From Euryarchaeota archaeon SM23-78 (GTDB lineage Archaea > Nanobdellota > Nanobdellia > Woesearchaeales > SM23-78), in the NCBI GenBank assembly GCA_001595785.1, contig LSSJ01000035.1, positions 4,558 to 68,557 on the forward strand: a stretch of DNA of 64,000 nt, in the 5' to 3' direction. A program made the position numbers and the translations under genes. Below, piece after piece: positions 46,055 to 52,146 of this stretch; within the stretch, counting starts at the first letter, position 1; each line of letters begins with the position of its first letter. The notes under the pieces were generated by a model, which saw only the letters and a list, made by a program, of their open reading frames with translations, did not search any database and had not been told where the DNA came from.

Positions 46055-46345
46055 TTAATGATCCTTCCTCACAGTACTAAAATGTATAACAGCAGTTATC
46101 ATGATAACAGCGAACATGACCAGAAGAGATCCTAGTAAGAGCGTGGCATTGCCAGTTATACTCTCAGCTGCTGTTACAAAACCAGTTGGTGTGCTGCCAG
46201 TGAAGTTAAGCATAAAGTGAGAGGCAAGCACAGAAATGAACACTATAAGCATCCAGATAAAGAACACATCCTTCTGGCTCTTACTCTCAACCTGTTCTTC
46301 ATGGTGCTTAATGAATTTTTCTTCATCAACAAGGTCTTCTTCCAT
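46055..46345 (-). CDS. small two-TM membrane protein, unknown function
   Basis: 96 aa with an acidic N-terminus followed by two hydrophobic helices. Confidence 0.35.
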   Translation of the reverse strand: MEEDLVDEEKFIKHHEEQVESKSQKDVFFIWMLIVFISVLASHFMLNFTGSTPTGFVTAAESITGNATLLLGSLLVMFAVIMITAVIHFSTVRKDH

Positions 46346-46555
46346 ACCCTTATTTTTTACAAGTTTAAGTATTTAAATGTTGCTTTTTAGTAACCTTTTA
46401 GTTTCTAGTTCTTCTACTGTTTTAAAACTATTTCTTAACACCTGATACTCTCCAGCTGACGCCTTTGTAATGAGAAATATGAATTTGTTTGAATTCTTTT
46501 GGATTAAACCATTTCTTAATTGTGCTTTTCTTAATAAAAAAGGTCTGCGGAGCAT

Positions 46556-47188
46556 TTAGTTTGTCTGATTGTTTCTTTTAAAGCTTAACCTTCTCCAGTT
46601 CTCAAAATACTCATAAAACGGCAGAAACCTCAAAGGCAGAAGATATATCGTATATATGGGGATGTACATCAATGCATTGATAATGTTTGAAATAATCCAA
46701 AGGAGTTTCTTATTAATCTTTAAAAAGAAGTGTTTCTTAAAAAACTCAATCAAAGTTCTGTTCCAAAAATTACCTTCATAAGAATAAACCCACACAATCA
46801 GTTTTCCACCTTTCTTAACCATTTTTTTAATATTATTAAAAGACTTAGTTGGGTTATCAGTGTGATGTAAAACACCAATTGAATAAATAAAGTCAAATTT
46901 CTGTTTTAATTTTATTTCAGCAATATCACCTTTTATGATTTTGATGTTCTTGTTATGCTTAGTGTTTTTTCTTGCAACAGAGTAAGTATTTAGTTCAATT
47001 CCAACCCCTTGCTTGCAGTAAGGAGCAATAAAGTTCAGGTGCTGACCTCCTCCGCAACCGCAGTCAAGAGCAGTCTTACCTTTAAAATCCTTTAATTTTG
47101 TAGGGTAAATCCACTCAGTAAAAAGCCATTGATTAGTATCATAAATTTTTTCCCACTGCCACTTCCATTCAGACTGTTTTTTTTGCAT
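46556..47188 (-). CDS. class I SAM-dependent methyltransferase
   Basis: ALDCGCGGGQH motif I. Confidence 0.65.
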   Translation of the reverse strand: MQKKQSEWKWQWEKIYDTNQWLFTEWIYPTKLKDFKGKTALDCGCGGGQHLNFIAPYCKQGVGIELNTYSVARKNTKHNKNIKIIKGDIAEIKLKQKFDFIYSIGVLHHTDNPTKSFNNIKKMVKKGGKLIVWVYSYEGNFWNRTLIEFFKKHFFLKINKKLLWIISNIINALMYIPIYTIYLLPLRFLPFYEYFENWRRLSFKRNNQTN

Positions 47189-47247
47189 ATTCTTATTTAG
47201 ACTATGAGATTTATTAATAAATATTTTTATTAGTTTTTATGCAAACA

Positions 47248-47257
47248 TTTATAAATA
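47248..47257 (+). promoter_or_regulatory. TATA-box-like element TTTATAAATA
   Basis: It is centred about 27-30 nt upstream of the first base (47281) of the GC-rich closing helix. Confidence 0.4.
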
Positions 47258-47280
47258 CATCCTTGTTTTTCAGTCTAAAA

Positions 47281-47440
47281 GCCCGAGTGAATAGCGCCTA
47301 TTAGGGTTTTTGAGCTGCTAAGCTTTAAGCTATTTCTCTTGGGTTTAATAAGTTAATGGGTTTCAAATGCCCTCAAGCTTTTGCGCGAAGCGGAAAAGGT
47401 TGACCAAAAACAGGCGACATGCGCTCGTTTCACTCGTTTA
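47281..47440 (+). ncRNA. candidate structured RNA or structured leader upstream of the ribosomal protein operon
   Basis: This is a GC-rich island in AT-rich DNA. The long-range closing helix pairs cgagtgaa (47284-47291) with ttcactcg (47429-47436), plus agcgc (47293-47297) with gcgct (47421-47425). The strand is not certain. Confidence 0.3.
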
Positions 47441-47449
47441 GTCCCCTTA

Positions 47450-47632
47450 TAAGGGGTTCCGGCACGTTTTTGTGCTAGGAATGTTCAAATTTTAATTTGA
47501 AAATTAAAAAAGCCTTTGGCTTTTTGTAACCGCTTGCCTTTAGTCAAGTCTCAAAAATGCTTTGCATTTTTGGACTCCCAAAAGCACAGCTTTTGATGAG
47601 TTTTAAAAGCGAACGAAGTGAGCGGGCGAAAA
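47450..47632 (-). repeat. right arm of the approximately 180-bp inverted repeat
   Basis: It is the reverse complement of 38789..38967. Identical blocks lie at 47507..47541 and 47450..47482, and the GC box lies at 47608..47632. Confidence 0.8.
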
Positions 47633-47633
47633 C

Positions 47634-48146
47634 TTGAGAAAAATGACAGAAGAAAAGAATCCTGGGAAACCTGAAGACAAGGAGTTCAAGCACTTAGTCA
47701 GGGTTGCGAATAATGATATTAAAGGAGAGAAACATGTAATCTATGCTCTTACTGGTATCAAAGGAGTTAGTATTATGTTTGCTAATGCTGTGTGTAGAAA
47801 AGCCAAGGTTAGTGTTACTAAGAAAGCAGGTTATCTCTCTGACTCAGAGGTTAAAGCCTTGGAGAATGTTATTCTAGACCCTGCCAAAGCAGGTATTCCT
47901 GTATGGATGTTTAATAGGAAGAGGGACTATGAGACAGGAGAGGACAAGCATGTGTTCTCAGGTAATCTTGATTTTATTCATGAGATGGATATTAAGCGTA
48001 TGAAAAAAACAAAGTCTTACAAAGGTTTAAGGCATCAGTGGGGCTTGCCTGTGCGTGGCCAAAGGACCAAGTCTAATTTTAGAAAGAACAAAGGTAAAGG
48101 CTCACTTGGTGTGCAAAAAAAGAAGGTTAAGTCTGGAAGAGTGTAA
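47634..48146 (+). CDS. rps13: 30S ribosomal protein uS13
   Basis: FKHLVRVANNDIKGEKHVIYALTGIKGVS. The start may be the ATG at 47643. Confidence 0.9.
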   Translation: MRKMTEEKNPGKPEDKEFKHLVRVANNDIKGEKHVIYALTGIKGVSIMFANAVCRKAKVSVTKKAGYLSDSEVKALENVILDPAKAGIPVWMFNRKRDYETGEDKHVFSGNLDFIHEMDIKRMKKTKSYKGLRHQWGLPVRGQRTKSNFRKNKGKGSLGVQKKKVKSGRV

Positions 48147-48256
48147 GCTTATGATTAGAGGATTATACAATGGGACAACAAAATCAGAGATTTTGAGGTT
48201 TCTTTCAGAAACCAACAAAAATCAAAGATTTTTGAGCCCCAACCTAAAGGTAAAAA

Positions 48257-48979
48257 ATGGGAGATCCTAGAAGAATAAGGAAGAAGTATGAAACACCTAC
48301 TCATCCTTGGCAAAAGGACAGGATTGAGGAGGAGAAGAAGCTTATAAAAGAGTTTGGTCTTAAGAACAAGAAAGAAATCTGGCGTATGGAGACTTTGCTT
48401 AAGAAATTTAAAGACCAGGTTAAGGAATTGGCTAGCAGGGTTGATGAGCAGTCAAAACTAGAAGAGCAACAACTGATTCATCGCCTTATATCTATGGGTT
48501 TACTCACAGAAGGAGCTGCTCTTGACACACTGCTAGGTCTTGAGGTAAGAAACATTCTTGAGAGAAGACTTCAAACCTTGTTTGTTATGAAAGACTTAGC
48601 CAGAACTATGAAGCAGGCAAGGCAGTTTATTACTCATGGTCATGTGCTTGTTGATAAGAAAAAGATTACTTTTCCTAGTTATATTGTAAATTTGAAAGAA
48701 GAAGCATTGATAGAGTTCGTGCCCACTTCTTCTCTTAGCAAGGAAGAGCATCCTGAGAGATTGGTAAAAGAGGTTGCAAAGGAGAAGATTGGGAAGAAGA
48801 AGCTTGAGAAGAAAGAAGAAGCACCTCCTACTTTTGCAGAAGAAGAGATAGAGGCGATTGAGGAGAAAGGTTTTGTGGAAAAAAAGGAGGAAACTAAGGA
48901 ACCTGAGGAAGAAGAGCAGAAGAAAGAGAAGAAGAAAGAAGGTAAGAAAAAGAATGCAAAGCAAGAGAAAAAAAAGTAA
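48257..48979 (+). CDS. rps4: 30S ribosomal protein uS4 with about 80-aa Lys/Glu-rich C-terminal extension
   Basis: MGDPRRIRKKYETPTHPWQKDRIEEE..ARQFITHGHVLVDKKKI. A low-complexity K/E tail starts at about residue 161. Confidence 0.9.
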   Translation: MGDPRRIRKKYETPTHPWQKDRIEEEKKLIKEFGLKNKKEIWRMETLLKKFKDQVKELASRVDEQSKLEEQQLIHRLISMGLLTEGAALDTLLGLEVRNILERRLQTLFVMKDLARTMKQARQFITHGHVLVDKKKITFPSYIVNLKEEALIEFVPTSSLSKEEHPERLVKEVAKEKIGKKKLEKKEEAPPTFAEEEIEAIEEKGFVEKKEETKEPEEEEQKKEKKKEGKKKNAKQEKKK

Positions 48980-49142
48980 GCCTGTGCCTCGTTTGAGCAC
49001 CTATGAAAGTTTAAGTTTAAAATATAAGGGAAATAAAGAAAATAAAAATAATAACTGTGCTCGCTCACTTTGCTCGCGAGGGAACAAGCAAATCTGAGAT
49101 TTGCTGTCCCAAAAAAATAGAATATTTTTTGTGAAAACAAGA

Positions 49143-49541
49143 ATGAGAAGAGATAATATTTGTTGGGGAATCGCGCATATCTATTCATCTTATAATAATA
49201 CTATTATCCATATAACAGATATTACTAACACAGAAACCTTGGCTATGAGTTCAGGAGGCCAGGTTGTTAAGTCTCATCGTCTTGAGAGCAGCCCAACAGC
49301 TGCTATGATGGCTGCTAAGAGAGCAGCAGAGACTGCCATGGACAAAGGCATTACAGGTGTTCATATTAAGATAAGAGCCCCTGGAGGCCATAATGGTCCT
49401 ATGACTCCTGGGCCAGGAGCACAAGCAGCTATTAGGGCATTATCCAGGATTGGTTTGAGGATTGGTTTTATAGAAGATGTTACTCCTATTCCTCATGGTG
49501 GGTGTAGGAAGAAAGGAGGTAGAAGAGGAAGAAGAGTATAA
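49143..49541 (+). CDS. rps11: 30S ribosomal protein uS11
   Basis: [33 protein letters not shown] take the start at the ATG at 49143. Confidence 0.9.
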   Translation: MRRDNICWGIAHIYSSYNNTIIHITDITNTETLAMSSGGQVVKSHRLESSPTAAMMAAKRAAETAMDKGITGVHIKIRAPGGHNGPMTPGPGAQAAIRALSRIGLRIGFIEDVTPIPHGGCRKKGGRRGRRV

Positions 49542-49555
49542 GGGGTGTGTTTAAC

Positions 49556-50356
49556 ATGATGAAAGTCAAATTATCAAGTAAAAAAGATAAGGATAAAGAA
49601 AAGCTCTTTTTTGAGCTTAGTGGTGTTGATGCTAGTTATGCTAACACTCTAAGAAGACTTTTTATGAGCGAGGTACCTGTACTGGCAATAGAGGATGTTG
49701 AGTTCAGAAAGAATGATTCAGGCTTATACGACGAGATAATTGCTCATCGGCTAGGATTAATACCTTTTAGAACAGATCTCAAATCTTATAATCTTCCATC
49801 AGAATGCAAGTGTAAAGGTGAGGGTTGTGCTCACTGCCAGTTAAAAATGACTCTTAAAGCCAAAGGCCCTGGCATTGTGTATGCAAGTGACATTAAGACC
49901 AAGGACCAAAAGGTAAAACCTGTTTTTCCAAAGATGCCTATTGTTAAGCTCTTAGACGGACAGGAATTGATACTTGAGGCTGTAGCAGTGATGGGTCTTG
50001 GAAAGATGCATTCAAAGTGGAGTCCGTGCCTTGCTTTTTATAAGGAACTGGTTGATATTCATATTGATAAGCAGCCTGCTAACAAAGAAGAGATTGTTGA
50101 GCAGTGCCCCAAAGATATATTTATTGTTAAGAGTGACAAGCTCGAGCTTGTAAAGGATAAAGTCGAGGATTGCACCCTGTGCGATGCATGTGTTAGTCTT
50201 AGCAAGGGCAAGATAAGAGTGGTGCCAAAGAACACTTTCCTCTTGACAATTGAGTCTTGGGGCCAGCTTGAGCCAAAAGAGATTGTTATTGCTGCTGTTG
50301 ATGGTTATAACAAGCAGCTTGATGAGTTTAATGACTTGCTTGCAAAAGCCAAGTAG
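49556..50356 (+). CDS. rpoD: DNA-directed RNA polymerase subunit D (Rpo3)
   Basis: GVDASYANTLRRLFMSEVPVLAIEDVEFRKNDSGLYDEIIAHRLGLIPF, plus a Cys-rich insert. Confidence 0.85.
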   Translation: MMKVKLSSKKDKDKEKLFFELSGVDASYANTLRRLFMSEVPVLAIEDVEFRKNDSGLYDEIIAHRLGLIPFRTDLKSYNLPSECKCKGEGCAHCQLKMTLKAKGPGIVYASDIKTKDQKVKPVFPKMPIVKLLDGQELILEAVAVMGLGKMHSKWSPCLAFYKELVDIHIDKQPANKEEIVEQCPKDIFIVKSDKLELVKDKVEDCTLCDACVSLSKGKIRVVPKNTFLLTIESWGQLEPKEIVIAAVDGYNKQLDEFNDLLAKAK

Positions 50357-50386
50357 GTTGGTAAATCATTTACCCCGCTCATAAAC

Positions 50387-50533
50387 GCGGGGGTGCCGGA
50401 GTGGTCAATGCTTATGGCGACTAGACGGGCATGGTTGAGGGCCATGTGACTTAGTGTCTGCGCGGGTTCAAACGAGAAACTGCGTTTATTGCCCAGAAAA
50501 ACGTTAGTTTTTCTGAATGCCCCGTCCCCCGCA
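50387..50533 (+). tRNA. tRNA-Leu (anticodon GAG) with two non-canonical introns (D-loop about 50409..50424; T-loop 59/60 about 50473..50519)
   Basis: Acceptor GCGGGGG pairs with CCCCCGC, followed by discriminator A. The anticodon arm is CATGG-TTGAGGG-CCATG (50430-50446). There is a 15-nt variable arm, T-stem GCGGG/CCCGT and T-loop TTCAAA|C. Intron 2 is flanked by a 3-nt bulge, a 4-bp helix and a 3-nt bulge. The spliced length is 84 nt. Confidence 0.7.
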
Positions 50534-50557
50534 TCATACTCATAAAAAATTAAGAAA

Positions 50558-50914
50558 ATGAAACGCGTACAGAAAAACAAGCAACTCATGGAATTATTGC
50601 AGCTCTTGAAAAAGACAGCAATAGAGAACAAAGCTGCTGTTTGGAAAAGAGTTGCATCTGACCTAGAGAAACCTACGCGTAAGAGAAGGATTGTTAATGT
50701 TTACAAGATAGAGAAGTATGCTAAGGATAATGAGATTGTTGTGGTTCCTGGTAAAGTGCTGGGAACAGGAGAGTTGAACAAGAAGGTTACTGTTGCTGCT
50801 TATAATTTTTCAGATGAGGCTTATAAAAAGATTAAGGAGAAAGGAAACCCTATTAGTATTAAGGAGCTCTTAGATAAGAATCCGCAGGGTAAAAAAATAA
50901 GGTTAATGGGTTGA
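50558..50914 (+). CDS. rpl18e: 50S ribosomal protein eL18 (L18e)
   Basis: AAVWKRVASDLEKPTRKRRIVNVYKIEKY..VVVPGKVLGTGEL. Confidence 0.85.
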   Translation: MKRVQKNKQLMELLQLLKKTAIENKAAVWKRVASDLEKPTRKRRIVNVYKIEKYAKDNEIVVVPGKVLGTGELNKKVTVAAYNFSDEAYKKIKEKGNPISIKELLDKNPQGKKIRLMG

Positions 50915-50918
50915 GAAA

Positions 50919-51344
50919 ATGTTATTAGATGCTACTAACCTGGTTGTTGGAAGGCTTGCCAGCATAGCAGCTAAGAAGGCTTTGCTAGGTGAAAGAGTGG
51001 ATATTATTAATTGTGAAAAAGCAGTGATATCTTGTGATAAGAAGTATGTGTTTGCTAGTTATAAACAGAAAAGAGATAGAGGTGTTCCTAAGAAAGGACC
51101 TTTTATTCCTAGAATGCCTGACCGCTTTATGAAGAGGATTGTAAGAGGCATGCTTCCTATGAGCAAGAAACGAGGAAGAGAGGCTTTAAAGAGAGTAATC
51201 TGCCATATAGGGGTGCCTGAGAAATTCAAGGGTAAAGCTGCTGACACCTTTCCTAAGGCTAATGCTGATAATTTGATAACTCTTAAAAAGGTTAGTGTGG
51301 GAGAGGTGTGTAGGTTTTTAGGAGCTAAATGGCATGAGGTATGA
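50919..51344 (+). CDS. rpl13: 50S ribosomal protein uL13
   Basis: DATNLVVGRLASIAAKKALLGERVDIIN..MLPMSKKRGREALKRV. Confidence 0.9.
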   Translation: MLLDATNLVVGRLASIAAKKALLGERVDIINCEKAVISCDKKYVFASYKQKRDRGVPKKGPFIPRMPDRFMKRIVRGMLPMSKKRGREALKRVICHIGVPEKFKGKAADTFPKANADNLITLKKVSVGEVCRFLGAKWHEV

Positions 51345-51446
51345 TATGGTTAAAACAAAATTTAAAAAATTTTGAATTGGTGTAAAAATTTATTTTTATG
51401 CAACACAAAAACAAAAGTTTTTGTTGATTCATTTAAAAAATAAAAA

Positions 51447-51857
51447 ATGAATAAAATGGAGCAAAAAGTTATTAATGCGCATGGTAAGAGGAAAAGAGCA
51501 GTTGCAAGAGCTACTCTAAGTCCTGGCACTGGCATTGTTAGGATTAATGATGTAGAGTTGGATAGTTATAAGCCAAGGATTTACAGGTTAAGAATTAGAG
51601 AGCCTTTATTGTTATCAGGAGAAATAGCTAATCATGTGGATATAAAAGTGAATGTTGTTGGTGGAGGCCTTTCGAGCCAGACAGATGCTGCAAGACTAGC
51701 AATTGCAAAGGTATTAGCAGATTACAGTCCCAGGTTAAAGAAGGTCTTCCTTGATTATGACAGGCAGCTTCTTGTTGCTGATGTTCGACGTAAGGAAATG
51801 GCAAAGCCGAATAGGCATGGGCAGGCTCGGAGTCGTAGACAAAAAAGCTATAGATGA
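51447..51857 (+). CDS. rps9: 30S ribosomal protein uS9
   Basis: GKRKRAVARATL..VNVVGGGLSSQTDAARLAIAKVL..RQKSYR C-terminus. Confidence 0.9.
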   Translation: MNKMEQKVINAHGKRKRAVARATLSPGTGIVRINDVELDSYKPRIYRLRIREPLLLSGEIANHVDIKVNVVGGGLSSQTDAARLAIAKVLADYSPRLKKVFLDYDRQLLVADVRRKEMAKPNRHGQARSRRQKSYR

Positions 51858-51866
51858 GGAGGTGGA

Positions 51867-51932
51867 ATGATGATTATTGCTAAAATTGAAAATTTTTGCA
51901 ATACCATAATTTCTCTGGAGGTGAAATTATGA
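51867..51932 (+). CDS. 21-aa mini-ORF MMIIAKIENFCNTIISLEVKL (leader cassette copy 1)
   Basis: Preceded by GGAGGTG. Its TGA overlaps the rpoN ATG (ATGA). The peptide is identical to the one at 28903..28965. Confidence 0.5.
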   Translation: MMIIAKIENFCNTIISLEVKL

Positions 51933-52126
51933 TTATACCAATCAGATGTTTTTCATGCAACAAACCAGTAGCTCATTTATGGGAGGAGTATGTTGAAAGA
52001 GTAAAGAAAGGCGAGGATAAAAAAGAGGTTCTTGACAAGCTAGGATTAGAGAGGTATTGTTGCAGAGCACTATTTTTAGGACATGTTGATTTGCTGGATA
52101 TGGCTACTCAGTTTAAGAAGTTCTAG
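51929..52126 (+). CDS. rpoN: DNA-directed RNA polymerase subunit N (Rpo10)
   Basis: MIIPIRCFSCNKPVAHLWEEY..LERYCCRALFLGHVDL. I moved the start to 51929. Confidence 0.9.
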   Translation: MIIPIRCFSCNKPVAHLWEEYVERVKKGEDKKEVLDKLGLERYCCRALFLGHVDLLDMATQFKKF

Positions 52127-52146
52127 ACACTAAATTTCATGCTACT

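Noticed and set aside
46373-46555. A 60-aa ORF immediately downstream of the methyltransferase.
   Set aside because: It has no recognisable motif, a basic low-complexity composition and no SD. It could be real, but I cannot support it.
38789-47632. Calling the inverted-repeat-flanked 8.5-kb block a composite transposon or integrated element.
   Set aside because: There is no transposase, integrase or recombinase gene and no target-site duplication visible outside the arms. It is reported only as an inverted-repeat-bracketed segment.
47590-47640. A possible C/D box sRNA, because of the UGAUGA at 47594-47599.
   Set aside because: There is no CUGA D box at the expected 3' spacing and no C'/D' pair. 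The segment is part of the inverted-repeat arm.
48055-48270. A 71-aa ORF bridging rps13 and rps4.
   Set aside because: It overlaps the rps13 3' end out of frame and runs through the hairpin-rich spacer. It has no recognisable protein features.
48596-49188. Long antisense ORFs (134 and 169 aa) opposite the rps4 tail, and similar shadow ORFs elsewhere (for example 8763..9323, 13041..13451, 15542..16141, 26352..26735, 50305..50631, 52123..52439).
   Set aside because: They are low-complexity or hydrophobic mirror translations of strongly supported genes or RNAs on the other strand. None has an independent start context.
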